Below the pieces are notes generated by a model. That model did not search any database, was not told where the DNA came from, and saw nothing but the letters and a program-made list of their open reading frames with translations. The translations under genes were made by a program, and so were the position numbers. A DNA stretch of 64,000 nucleotides, from the NCBI GenBank assembly GCA_001662655.1, contig KV460213.1; one strand, written 5' to 3'. This document shows positions 49,978 through 63,478 of this stretch, in pieces. Origin of the DNA: Pseudogymnoascus verrucosus. Its lineage: Eukaryota. Numbering within the stretch: position 1 is the stretch's first letter; each line of letters opens with the position of its first letter.

Positions 49978-52852
49978 TTATTCACCATTTATGGTAGGGC
50001 TTGCAGCAGCCAGCCTTAAATCAAGCCCTGGCGCCATTTCTGGTGCCGCTCTTGATACCGATCTTGGTGTATTTCCTGTCGTCGCACCTAAAGAAAACAG
50101 CTGATTTATAAACTCTAGATCCTCTTCTAGAATAAATTCTCCGAGTTCCATACCCAACGGCGACGTGTTAGAAACGCTAGGGTCGGGAAGACATGCGAAC
50201 GTTTCGTTACCGTTATTGCCAAAGTGAAATTTTTCACTGGATAAAGGGTCTAGATTGAGCGGGAGAGGCATGAATGAGTTCGATGTTGCTGCTGCAAAGG
50301 TAGATACGTTAGCCACAGGGGGGTAAAAACAAACACAGCAAATTGAAAAATCCAGAAGAGGCTGGAGAGAAGGTCATCCATACCCAGTGTTTTAAATATC
50401 TCAATCAACTTTTCAACATACTCAGCACACTTCTTAATCGTTCGATTCTCTGTGTCGAGGCGACGTAGTACAACGCTCGCTTCCAACATAGCACGGTGCA
50501 TCTCCGCTGGTGATACCAGTAGCGGAATCCCACCCGTCGAACCGGAGTGCTGACTTTGCACAACAAGCAGGGCTGCGAAGAGTACGAGAGCAGCATTAAA
50601 GGTGTAGTATAAGGTGAACCACCAGGCTCCCAGCCAGGTTCGGCGTAGGCCTGTAGAGGCTACAATTGTGCTAATGAGTGAGATAATCTCAATGGAGGAT
50701 TGGACACATATTCTGCGATTGAAACTCATATTAGGCTTCCGCTCTCGTGGTTTAAATTTGGGCAAGTAGAAAAAAAAGTTTGGATTACTTACTGGACGCT
50801 GTTACCGCCAAACTGTTCCAGATATCTAGAGGTTTCCGGATCGTCCTGCGGCGAATTATTTCCCGCCAGGTCAAGAAAGCTAACGAGAATAGGACGGTGA
50901 AGAAGAACTCGTAGGTTATGGTGTCGTAGTGTAAGAATAACACGAAATTTTTCAAGGAAGAAATCCTGGGAATCGACCATCACAGATGGGGAGGGAGCAA
51001 CGTTAGCTGCTTGCTGTAAAGCCAGCGTCGGCGGAAGACGTCTTTTCCAGTCCACGAGCTGCTGTTCTATGGGAAAGATACGAGTGATCCTCTCAACGAC
51101 CCCAACATTACTCTCAGAACCGAGGTTGCTGCCATAAGCCGTTTGTATCACGTTCCACATTATCATGTATAGTGTGCTAGGGGATGTCAGTAATGTTGAA
51201 CAATGAATATAGAAGACTTGCAGATTTCTAACATAGTCGCGTTGAAAAAGCCCAAGCTGGCCTCTGTTCTTGGGGCAATCACGCCCGGTGGATTGCTCAT
51301 CCCAACATTGCACGGAAGGTCGAGCACTACATAGTCGCCTGGGATTGCTGATGGCCTTCCGAAGGTCATGCTAAGTGTACGGTCAAGTACTACACACCCA
51401 TACCATGTTCGCTTTCTGTACTCCTGCATTAGTGGAGAGAGATGTCCCGACACTTTGGGGCAATGTAAGCCAAGCTGCATGGCAGCTTTGACAGCGAGAC
51501 CATGAATTGACCAGGTTTCTACCGACCTTTGAGTACCTTGAAGGTACTGGCCCATAACGAGAAGAAATTGTACTAACCATGAAGTCAGCAATGAGACAAG
51601 AAAGATACTTTGATCTACTAACCAATTTCAAAACTAGTACCGCGCATCATCTGCTTTTCACATAATCCCATCGCTCTTTGGTAGTAAATATCACACTCTC
51701 GAAGCCTCTCTTCCGCGCTAGAGCCTGTGTCAATGGTTGTACTGGTTGCTAATGCCATAATAATGTTAAGCAAGCCCAGCCACGATCTTCTTGTTCGTGT
51801 GAAATTGCTGCTTTTCATTTCGTTGTACGATTCCCAAAAGGTCTCTTCGTGGATATAGGGAAAGAGAAGTCCAGTATCGCTGAAATAGCGAGAAATAAGC
51901 TCACAAGTTCGCTCTTCGGTTGGAAGCCTGTATATGTTGACAGCGGTTTCGTCTCCAGTACTGTTTGCTAGTCTAAGAGAGCGAGGGCTGGGGGATGATG
52001 GCCTTGAGGCGCTCATGATTCCCATCTCTGCATGCAGTCTTTGGCTTTCGTTATCAGTAGTATTGGAGAAGGTTTGGTGGGTCCGAGAGAGCCTTAAGAC
52101 AGCACGAGACACGTGACGGTTGAGGGCAATATTTGATGATGGTCCTAATTTCGGTCAGAAGAGTTACGTGTGGAGCCCGACAATACTTACCAAAAAAGCC
52201 ACAATTCTCTTCGACGCTGAAAATGACAGTTCCCAGCTCATTGGTTTCATCCTCTAGAGTGATGACATGAGTAGCCTCTGACCCATCAGCAGGTCGGGTA
52301 TTATCGGTAAGAGGTAATAACTCCTTATTTGTATTTCCACCATGGGCATCGTTCGGTACAAGTTCGTCAACGTCTTCGAAGCGCAAATGCTGCTGTTGTC
52401 GAGACTGAGATGTTTGGAGAGATAATATATTCTCCTCCGCAGCTTTCAGCCGTTCTTCAAGGCTAGTAAGGTATTCCTTTCCAACAATTACATTTGAACT
52501 CGATGCTGATTGAATGTACACGCAATCGAAGCTCAGCTCGTTGCATGCCGAACACTTTGGCCTCGCACCATCGCACTAATTCACATCAGTCACAAAAGCT
52601 TAGGAAAGGGTCATGTTGCTTCGTGCCTAACGAGCGGATGTATGGTATGGAAAGCGCCACTACAGCTAGGATACATGCATATGTTGAACATGAACCCATT
52701 GGACAAATGGCTTGCAAGTGTATCAAAAGCAAAGCTTGTAGGCTTACACGTGACTTTCTAGCTCTGCATGCACTACAGGCTAGGGAAATCCTCCGTCGTT
52801 TGGGCCCTGATGTCTCTGCCCCACCCTCGCATTCTGTCCACGATGCAGGCAT
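49978..52852 (-). CDS. Zn(II)2Cys6 transcription factor with fungal-specific TF domain
   Basis: ACSACRARKSR|CDGARPKCSACNELSFDCVY split by an intron; middle domain LAVKAAMQLGLH...RKRTWYGCVVLDR...FGRP; about 6 introns. Confidence 0.88.
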
Positions 52853-53211
52853 ACGGTTAAAGTGCCGGTATCAACATTCGGTTTGGTGGGGATGAAACTG
52901 TGCTGGTACAATCAGGTGAAAATCCGGGGAGAAGAAAAGATCATAGATATCGAGCGAAAATGAATAATGTCGTGCGTAGCAGTTTGCGGGGATAGGCCGC
53001 GTATATAACGGAATTACGAAGCATGTTGAGCGGGGCGCTAGTTGTCCCGCTGCTCCACATATTATGAAGGTGGAGATTCACTCCCAGGCCAGACCCGCAC
53101 GGCCGGTCCCCATACATTCAGAGACAAAAGACATCTCTAACGCGCTGCTTTTGGTTCCCTGGCCTTTTTGATGATTACGTCGTTCTTAAAACTCATGACT
53201 TAAAAATCCAC

Positions 53212-54421
53212 TTATTTATTCATCACCATTGTCTTCGTCTGTACGAGCTCGGCTAAACCCCACCCGGCTCCAAACCTGCCCCAACCGCTGTCCCTATAAC
53301 CTCCATGTAGCAATGTGCTCTCATCATGCACCGTTGCCCCGTTGATGTGTACAGCCCCAACCTGTAATTCCTTGGCTAAGGATAGTGCCCTGTAGTCATC
53401 CTTTGAGTGAACAGCAGCCGAGAGACCATACCTGCATTCGTTGACAATAGCAACAGCAACAGCTTCATCTGTTGTCTCAATAGGAATTAGTGATATCAAC
53501 GGCCCGAAACTCTCGTGGGAATATATGTCCATGTCAGGAGTCACACCTTCAACCACGGTCAGCACATTGGCTCTGTGCTTTGGGTTTTTGCTTCTGGCAT
53601 CGTGCTCAAATACTGCTGGGAGTTGCACCCTTGGCAGCTGCATCGGTCATCGAATGCCCAATGCGAGAGGAGGCCGTCGTTGTTATTAGATTTGTCATTT
53701 GTGATGTGGGACCTGGTTTTTGAAGGTGAGAGATCAGAGCTTCCCGGAACTTAGAAAACACCTGAGTGGCAATCAAGCAGGTATCCGTCGACATACAGAT
53801 CTGCCCGTTCTGTGAATGTCAAGTAAGCTTCGGATAAGTATTTGATCTTATGTGTATGTTTCTTACATTTAAGAAGGCGCCTTCTGCAACCAAGTTTGTA
53901 GCCTTTTCATGATCTGCATCTTCCAAAACAATAGCAAAGTTTTTACCCCCTAACTCTAGCAAGCACGGCTTTAATGCCCTTGATGCATTGCTTGCAATAG
54001 ATCTTCCGATTGCAGTACTTCCACTGAAATTACATTTTCGGATTTCCGGTCTCTCGATGATCGTATCAAATACTTGGACTGCGTCCTCTGCTCGGTGAAG
54101 AAGGAAATTGCAGACACCAGATGGGAAACTAGCTTCGCGAAACAATGCTGCGATGAAGCAATGAACACGTGGTGACAACTCGGTACCGTTAAGAATTGCT
54201 ATCTTTCCGGCTGCAATGGCCGGAAGGACGCTGCGTAAACCAAGTATGAGAGGGGAATTCCAGGGAGCAATCCTAAGTATAACACCCAATGGTTCTGTAA
54301 GAATCAGAACCTGCGACTCTAGATTTTGAGAGGCTGGTATGGTTCCGGAGAGAGTTGGAGAGGTGGTGAGCGATGCAGCTTCTTCAGTCATGAGAATACT
54401 GTCCTCGAAATTGATGTGCAA
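53212..54421 (-). pseudogene. Aromatic aldehyde dehydrogenase (salicylaldehyde/vanillin DH-like), probably pseudogene
   Basis: EPLGVILRIAPWN, LELGGKN, NGQICMST, ESFGP motifs; no N-terminus/ATG found; frame change ~53620-53560; G>R and K>N at normally conserved sites. Confidence 0.72.
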
Positions 54422-54777
54422 CTACAAAGATGTAGCTCAAAGGTACACTTATTTGTGATTCAGAACCCATTTTCCTAGTAATACGTTCAGAAGTCTCAAT
54501 GTCGGAGAAGAAACTTATTATGATAGCAGGTGACCTGTTATTGTATGTTGCAAATTAATCATATAATATATTCGTATTGTTAAAGTGGGCGTACCTTTAG
54601 GTGGTCGCAAATAGCCAAGACCGCACTTCGGAGTTGTTTGCTCGCATCCCGATATATACGCGGCCGCCGACAACTCGCAAATCGTCTATGTTATGAACGG
54701 AACTACACTCCTCATCTTTGATGACCTGGATGTAAAGTGTTTTGTCCTCTTCAATCGTGCAATCGTAGCAACCAAGT

Positions 54778-56241
54778 ATGGCTGTACGCACAGAACATCA
54801 GATAGGAGCATGGGTGGAAAACCCTGGTCCAGATGCCCGTGTAGTGATTCGGGATGACCTTCCAATTCCTAGTCCATCGGCAGAAGAGGTTCTCATTAAG
54901 TTGGACTGTACAGGTGTCTGGTGAGTCTTCTAGAACTAATTAGTACCGTGTGATAATGGTATACAATGACCACAAATGTTAACAATTCTTTAAGCCATTC
55001 AGACCTGTACAGCATTACAGGCAAGACGCCAATGAAAGTCAATATTGCCGGCCATGAAGGCATTGGACACATTATTAAGGGTAGGTCTCAACGCGGTTTG
55101 CGCATTTATCCTACCTCCAAATGGCTTTACACCGTCAATGTTACCGATTTAACTGTTGTAGCTGGCTCAAATGTTTCTCAGGATCTCATTGGCAAACGAG
55201 TTGGTATCAAGTACGCATTTTCTATGCAATTTAATTCCATATACAACTAACCATGTCACAGGTGGCTTTACAAGTACTGTGATGACTGCGAGATATGTTC
55301 CAAAGATGTAACATACTGTCCGAATCAAAAGAATCCAGGCAGGGTAAGCACTAAAGCTGTCTAAGTCTATAGAAAAATCAGGTACTTACCATATCATAGA
55401 ACGTTCTAGGAACATTTCAACGTAGCTATTCTTTAACTTTGTGTTTGCCTAAAGAACAACGCTTACTTTCGGTAGAATACATTTGTTCTATGGCTAAACC
55501 ATTGACTTTCATTCCTGATGGTATCAGCTCTGAGCTTGCTGCCCCTCTGCTGTGTGGTAAGTCATATTTTTTGTTACTATGATATCAAACTCACTAGTCA
55601 ATAGCTGGCATTACTATTTACTCTGCCATCCTAAAACTGCGTTTGAAGCCTGGCGAGTGGCTGCTCTTGCCAGGAGCCGGCGGCGGTCTTGGACATCTGT
55701 AAGCTTGACTGCCTGTGATAGCAAAAACCGAAGCTAACGTAAAAACTCGAAAAGTGGCGTACAAATTGCCCATGCGCTAGGTTTGAAAGTTATTGCTGTT
55801 GATAGTGGCGAGTCTAAGCGCAAATTGTGCCTAGAGCTTGGTGCGACTCGCTTTCTCGACTTCAAAGTAGATGACGTTGATAAAACAGTAAAGGAGTTGA
55901 CCAACGGGTACGGAGTCCACGGCGCAGTTTGCTTGGCTGGCAACAAGGCCGGATACGCGCAAGCAATAGCTCAACTTCGCAATACAGGCGTTTTAGTTTG
56001 TGTTGGACTCGCGATGGAGGAGCTACCCATCAGTCCATTCATGATGATTGTGCGAGGTATTAGCGTATTTGGTTCTTCTGTCGGAACTGAGCAAGAGATG
56101 AAGAGTTTATTGGAAATGGCCTCTGAAGGAAAGATAAAAGCTATTGTAGATGTCTTTGACTTCCAAGAGCTCGGTGAAGTATTGGAGAAGTTGCGAATCA
56201 ATGGGATTAGCGGACGAGCTGTAGTAAAACTCCCGATTTGA
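54778..56241 (+). CDS. Zinc-dependent (MDR) alcohol dehydrogenase
   Basis: GVC|HSD, GHEG, CDDCEIC structural Zn site, APLLC, GAGGGLGH; many short introns. Confidence 0.88.
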
Positions 56242-56518
56242 GTTACTGTGTACATGGAATGAGCATAAAGGACGGTTCAGAGGCCCACTATGTCCATTAT
56301 TCTTCCAAATTAGCCTAACAATGGGGCATTGGAAATTCTGTTGTGGGGCTGTTGTAAGCTGTTGCTTTGCCAGAAATAGCGCCAACCGGTAGTCCCGACG
56401 ACTCCCCGGATGCCATGGACACCTAGCAAGACACCAGTACGTAAGCAAGAGCTGCATTATAATACCACATCATTAAAAAAAGACACTCAGGGCTTTTAAT
56501 AAAATCAAAATATTTGCA

Positions 56519-57518
56519 ATGGTTGTCTGGAAGCGCTTGATCCGATTTGTAGCCACTGACGGGCGCGTGCTCCGGGGAGAGCCAATATTGCCATCAGCCG
56601 ACTTTGATCTTGGCAAGACAACAGCCGAGACCAAGCTTCAGGCGAAAGTTATCACTGGTGAAGATATTTACGATACGACTGGATTAACCAAGGTGTCGGA
56701 CGAAGTAGTCACTGTGGACGAATTGCTCGGACCTCTAGCTCAAGAAGATATCCCGATCCTCAGATGTGTTGGACTGAATTATGCAAAACATAGTAAGCTA
56801 TAAACACCAAGATTCGATCGAGACAATACTAACAGATACAGTCAAGGAGGCTGGCCGCTCGCCACCTCCATTCCCGTTCATCTTTTTTAAACCAGTGCCT
56901 TCTGTCATTGGCCACAACGAAGATGTAATTATTCCTAAAATTTGCCAAGACGACCAAGCAGACTATGAGGGCGAACTGGTATGTCTTTATGCTCTTTCCT
57001 CCAAGATGCTCCTAGCATCCCTCGTCTGACTGAGTCCCTAGTGCCTCGTACTCAACCGCGATTGTAAAGATGTCTCTGAAGCGGATGCACTGTCGTATGT
57101 TGGAGCATACACGTGTGGAAACGACATCTCCTCCAGAAAATTGCAAAGAGATCCTGCATTTGCTGGTCGCATCCCTCAATGGGGGTTCAGTAAAGGATTC
57201 GACACATTCGCTCCACTGGGTCCGGTTTTGGTGAACGCAGATTTAATCAAAGATCCTGCCAAGCTCCACCTGAAAACCATTATTAACGGAGAAGTGAGGC
57301 AGGACGAAAGTGTAGGAGATTTGCTCTTTGGCGTTCCATATTTGATCTCGTACTTGAGTTCTGGAACAACGCTACAGAAAGGCAGTGTGATTATGACGGG
57401 AACTCCAGGAGGGGTTGGGGCAGGTCTCAATCCCCCCAAGTATCTTGTTCCTGGAAACGTGATGGAAGTGGAAATATCTGAAATTGGTACATTGAAGAAT
57501 GGTGTCAAGTTCGCGTGA
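56519..57518 (+). CDS. Fumarylacetoacetate-hydrolase family protein (putative fumaryl/maleylpyruvate hydrolase)
   Basis: CVGLNY, DYEGEL, GNDISSR, KGFDTFAPLGP, TGTPGGVG motifs; 2 introns. Confidence 0.9.
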
Positions 57519-58038
57519 TAATAAGTACCATTATCTATATTATCATGATCAAGAATACGACGTTGCCGCATCTTATCCTAACATGGACGTGAATAAGCCA
57601 CTGCAATTTGAGGTTAAGAACCAATACACCTTGAGCACATGACCAGCGTCTATACACTCTATAGATAAACCATTCTCTTATACTCCATTTCCGATCCACC
57701 TTACGTCCAGAATCGACCACAATTAAGAATTGAATCCTTTTGCCGGAGTATAAAGTCGTCTCTTCGGTGCCATAGATAGTCTGGCGGAGCCCGCAATAGC
57801 CGACCACGGATTATAATCCAGTCATAAACTCCTTAGAGCCATATGTAGAGTTGGATTTGAAATAAGGATTACTAGTGGGATTAGTCCGCCAGTCTGCAAG
57901 TCTACTTAATACAATGATTTTAGATGGGCAGTGTTCTGTACTCCAATCATTTGTAAATAATATTCGTAGCTTTACAGGAATCACACGCCAAAGAATAATC
58001 CTTCTAATTAATATGCCTTGACTGTTTTTTAGATTTAT

Positions 58039-59587
58039 CTATGGATCCTTACTGGCATTTCTATCATTCCAGGCTGCCTCTACCGCTTCTTCCGCATCGT
58101 AGCCATATGCCCACCACTGCGTTACAGGGTCACTCCACTGGTTCGCGCTCCAGCTGAAACTTCTGCCTTCGACCTCTGGTTTCATAGATTCATCCCTAAG
58201 CCGTTGCTCAGGTCCATCTGGAAAGTGCCACAACGTTCCGTTCAATAAGCTGGCTTGTTGCATCTGGACAGAACGCTTCATACGCTCTGCCTCGAAGACT
58301 TCAAGAGCACGGGGAATTTCTTCAGGATCGCTGATAAGTGACAAGACAGTAGCAAGAGCCCCGCCGTCTTCAACAGCCATCGCTGCGCCCTGCGACATGT
58401 ATGGTACCATTGGGTGCGCAGCATCGCCCATAATCAGAACTTTCTTGCTCGGTGCGATCCAGGTCTTCAGTTCAGTGCCCATCATCAGCGGCCACTTGAG
58501 AGTGCTTTCAACTAGGTTGATAATCTTGACCAGCCTTGGGTCCCATCCCGAGAACTCTTTTCTCATGTCACAAATCGCGGTTTCTGGCTTCCAAGTTGAG
58601 GGATCCGTGAGGTCTACATGTGAAAGGACCATGTTGAATGATTTTCCTGCAGCAATAGTATACGTCATGACATGGCGATCCTCTCCAATCCATATGTTCA
58701 AAGATGGCTTTTCAAGTAGCCACGAGATAGCCGGATCCGACCTCATCTTTTCAACGTCAACAGTCGCTCTGTAGGCGGCAAAGCCTGTCGGCTGTGGTGG
58801 TTTATCCTCCCCTTCAAGGACTAATTTTCTTGCTGCCGATTTGACTCCTATTACTCGTCAACGAACTGTGTAGTAGCGCACACATAACATCGACGTACCA
58901 TCAGCAGCAACGATTAGATCTGCAAAGATTACCTCTCCAGACCGAAGTGTGAGACTCGGCTTGCTCAAATCATAATTTTCAACTCGACTTGCTAGTCTTA
59001 CTTCAACGCCAAGCTCTAATGCTCTCTGATAGAGTGCATCATGGAAGTGTGCGCGATGCACAACATAGTATGGGGCTTTAAAGTTCTTTCGGAAGTCAGG
59101 TACCAATTTCGTATACCCTATTGTGCTTCCATCCTCCCATCGTCTAAATGTCATCCCATTCGGTTCTACAACGTGAGGTTCGAGGAAAGTTCCCACGCCC
59201 CAGGAATGTAGCAGGCGGGCGGAGTTAGATGGTATTTGTATTCCTGCTCCAACCTAGATTTTATCAGCTCATTATTCAATACGCCAAATGAGGTGAACGT
59301 ACTTCTCCAAGTACCGCCGTTTGTTCATAGACTACAACTTCGTGTCCTCGTCGAGCCAATGCAATTGTGCATGCCAACCCCCCTAAGCCTGCGCCTACGA
59401 CGATTATCTTAAGTTTTACTTTAGCTTCCAGTGGGACCGTCACTTTAGTCGGTTGACTGTTCAATTCGTCCAGAAACTGCAGTGATCGAGTTGGATGTTT
59501 TGGCATATTCAGGGGTATTTGAATGCGCTTGGCTAGCTGATGATTGGTGCCATTGACCAGTAGCTGTTCTTCTAAGGTTTGTGACAT
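58039..59587 (-). CDS. FAD-dependent aromatic hydroxylase (salicylate hydroxylase / 3-hydroxybenzoate 6-hydroxylase-like)
   Basis: IVVGAGLGGL, GAGIQ, ADG, GDAAHPMVPYMSQGAAMAVEDG motifs; 2 introns; start codon uncertain. Confidence 0.88.
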
Positions 59588-60034
59588 TGCGCTTATAGTT
59601 TATGTTGTCTTGTTGGGTATCAGTGGTGTCGTGAATTTCGACCTGAATTCGGCGTCGATCGAGCGTCGACTTTATCGTTGATGCGTTTCTGGCCGCGATA
59701 TTATCTGGTGCTTTAATCGACCCCGCTCGACAGTAGTGGGGTTGATTCGCTGGAGCCTTCCTGTAAACCCCCGGCCATAGCACATACCTACAAATAATGA
59801 TGATTGAGGCGCCGATTTCCTGCTCCCCGAGGACATCCGATATACCCCCGGTATATACCTGCTCTCCGCTCTGTCCCCAACAAGCACAACCCAACCGCTT
59901 AGCGGCAAATGACAGCATGGGGTATTGCTACAGTTGCTAAAGTTGCCTTCTAATAATGAAGATAAATGCTCCCATAGACTCCTGATATCGGCTGTCACAA
60001 GTCAGTATCAATCACAACTTGAACACCAGCAATC

Positions 60035-61109
60035 ATGGAGAACAATGACACTTCTAATTCTGCGGGGGTGACGGACAATCTGCTCAGCGACCTTGAGAAG
60101 CAGAATACAAAGCCATTGTGGGCGCAGATGAGCAAACTGAATCCGCCCCTCCCAAATCCTACCGCGAAACCTCATCTCTGGAACTTTGAGAAAATCAGGC
60201 CCCATCTTCTTCGCGCGGGCGAGCAGATAACCGAGAAGCAAGCGGAGAGAAGAGTGCTTATGTTGGTCAATCCTGAAAGAGGTTTGTTCTACGTTTTAGT
60301 CCGATTTTCTCGTCATCACAAGGGGAAATCTATGTAAGGGATTCGTTACTGACGAGCTTCAAGTGGCGCCATATACAACGGACACCCTCTATGCGGGCCT
60401 CCAGCTCGTCATGCCAAATGAGACCGCACCTGCACATCGTCACAGAGCCTTTGCAATGCGCTTTATCATCGAGGGCACTGGCGGGTTTACGGCTGTCCAC
60501 GGCCGGCGAATCAACATGACCCGTGGAGATGTGATTTTGACTCCAACATGGAACTGGCACGATCACGGAAAGGACGGATCAGGACCAATGATCTGGCTCG
60601 ACGGCTTAGATCTACCTTCTTTCGTTCACTTCCCCGTTCATTTTGTGGAGCATTACAAGGAGAGCCGATATCCAGCAGAGAATGTGGACACTAGTGAAAG
60701 CCCGATTGTATTTCCATGGCCCAGAATGAAGGCAGCTCTCGATTCTGAACAGGGATACTACGTTATTAAGAGATATTTGAGGGGTGACGGCAGCGAAGTG
60801 TCCAAGTCATTGGGTGGATGTGCGGAGCGCTTGAACCCCGGAAAGAGTTCACCTGCGGTCCAGGAAACTGCTTCCTCTGTGTACCACATCATTGAAGGAT
60901 CTGGTTACTCGCGGATCAATGGCGAGAAAATTACCTGGAAGAAGAGTGACACTTTCTGTATACCAGCTTGGTACACTTATGAGCACTTCGCGGATGAGAA
61001 GGAGACAGTCTATTTGTACCGCTTTGACGACAAGCCCATGTTGAATGCACTTGGGTTTTACAGGACGAAGGATACTGACAGTGAGGGTCTAGCAACTGCT
61101 CACGTGTAA
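60035..61109 (+). CDS. Gentisate 1,2-dioxygenase (bicupin)
   Basis: AERRVLMLVNP, LYAGLQLVMPNETAPAHRH, TPTWNWHDH, WLDGLDLP motifs; one intron ~60282-60363. Confidence 0.92.
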
Positions 61110-61644
61110 AAAAAAACAAGACATAACCTGCAGAGGGAATGAATGTGACTTATTCCTTTCAATATATCTTTAACTGAGACCAAAAATGAAAATTGAGAAC
61201 TCAGTGTGATTTCAACTGGGTTAAGTAAATCCTTGAAGATTCAGAAATGGTAAATGAATCAAACTACGAATTTTGCTTGCAAAGTGTAATCGTCGTAACG
61301 ACGATTATCTTGTATTGCATATGTATCACGATATCAATCTCCGCGTTTTATTAAATGTGTACAGCCAACTGTGGGGCAATAACGGTCATGGACGAGTGTA
61401 TATGCGATAGACTAGATCTGTGCTCGTTAGTAAAACCACCCTACATTACACAGTTTACGCTCATAGGTTTACTAATTAGTTCTGATGTGTTAGCAACCGA
61501 CATTGACAGCATTCGGTCAATAACAGAGGTTAGTTGGGGCTCGGTCACATTGACTAGCACAAACAGTGGGAGAGAGTCTCACCCTACGGGACACAATGAC
61601 CCTTAAAATGGTCTCCACAAAACTGCCCAATCAAAACGAGTTTG

Positions 61645-61742
61645 CGGGGACGCAGATACAACCCAAGTATAGGGGAATATCAGATTTGTGGACTATTGAA
61701 TCCTAGATATTCCCCTATACTTGGGTTGTATCCGCGTCCCCG
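61645..61742. repeat. 37-bp inverted repeat (1 mismatch) with 24-nt spacer
   Basis: Arms 61645-61681 and 61706-61742. Confidence 0.92.
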
Positions 61743-61977
61743 TCCATTCCCCGGCTCGGGGAAACATTTCCTCTGTGTCGGCACAGTCTATCTGGGTCTA
61801 ACCTATATTATCTTCAACCGTGCCCTCCACGTCGTTAGCTGAAAATATAGTGCCTTTGTATTAAGCTCTGTTTAAGGCTTCCGGGTTCCTTCATCAAGCA
61901 TCTCATCCTCAACTCGTTTCCCTATGATTACAAGACGGTTCATATTTCGGACCCAACAAAAATTTCATACCTAAATT

Positions 61978-62852
61978 ATGGCTGCATCACATGATTACTC
62001 TGCAGCTTGCTGCTCAATCCCCCCCATTGTGGCTAAAGGTTATCAACCACACGGCAAATATGAGACTATTGGCGGGCTAAAGACCTGTAAACTTAAGCCC
62101 TTATAAGCACCCGGAAGACTGATGATTGACTCATTAATAGATGTCACTGGTTCGGAAACCGCTACAACTGGTATTCTCCTGATTTACGATATCTTTGGCT
62201 TCGCCAGCCAAACTCTCCAGGGTGCCGACATTCTTGCCACTTCAGACAAACACCACGAATACAAGGTGTTTATACCTGACTTCTTACTCGGTGAGTACGC
62301 GCAAAAAGAATGGTTTGCAGACGACGAAGGCAAGAAAGTGCACCTTCCAAACTGGCTTAAGTCCCATGGTCCTCCAACGGCGATCAAGCAGATGCCTGAC
62401 ACCCTAAACTCTCTCAATAAATCATACAATAAGATTGATAAATGGGGATGTATCGGCGTAAGTCTCATTCGGCGTTCTTAATCCCACCTCGCGGTGTCAC
62501 ATATGTTTCTAACGATTTCACGTAGTTTTGCTGGGGTGGCAAGGTCGCAACCCTGACGTCCAAAGAGGGCACGACTTGGAAGGCCGCCGCACAAGCTCAC
62601 CCGGCGATGTTGAATCCCGACGACGCAACGAGCGTCGTAGTCCCTTTCCTGTCTATCGCATCTAAAGATGAGTCGGCTGAAGATCACGCGAAATTCGCAG
62701 AAAATCTAAAAGTCGAGAAGCGTGTCGAGACCTTTGACGACCAGATACATGGTTTTATGACAGCTCGTGCGGATCTCGAGGCGGAGCGCAGCCGGGAGGA
62801 GTACGAAAGGGGCTACAAAATGTTGCTTGAATTCTTCGCAGCATATTTGTGA
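61978..62852 (+). CDS. Dienelactone hydrolase family protein
   Basis: SAACCSIPP, IYDIFG, G|FCWGG nucleophile motif, HP, HGFM; 2 introns. Confidence 0.88.
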
Positions 62853-63478
62853 GACTTCGATTGCGGGCATCTAGAAGTGCTTGGAAAAGCTGAAGCTTTA
62901 AACCCTACGAAAATAATAGCTTCATATAAAATACTATTCAAACTGTCGAGCAATAATCCCCGTAGTCTACTGATCTTATGATCAATACCATGGAATCTGA
63001 ACTAAAACTGTTCAACGTGATATCATTAGAAAACCTTAAAAGAGAGAAGGCAAACTATGCAATGACTTACCAGCGCAGATGACTTCTATTATCTGGTCAC
63101 TACATGAAAATATATTGAGGAAGTATGGTTTTGGTATAGCATTTCGCCCTCGTCACTCCCAATAAGTCCTGACGCGATCACACGTCTAGCTAGTAGGGTC
63201 GTTACTGTACACTCGGATTTTAGCCTCTTTTAGATGCAATAGCCAAATAAGTGTGAACCACAAAGCGTCCACTTGTATTATGTCACCATTATCTCGTATT
63301 AGGAGGTGGTCTACACTCTGTGTAATCAGCAGAGGCAGTCTTTACCGTGACAGGTGAGTCGCAGGGTTTATCAGAATGCAAAGCTCAGTCAAAATGTCCT
63401 TCACAGACCGTATATTACATTTATAGCCCGTCTTTATTGTACTAAGTACCTAATACTGATGAGGATCATATAAGATGC

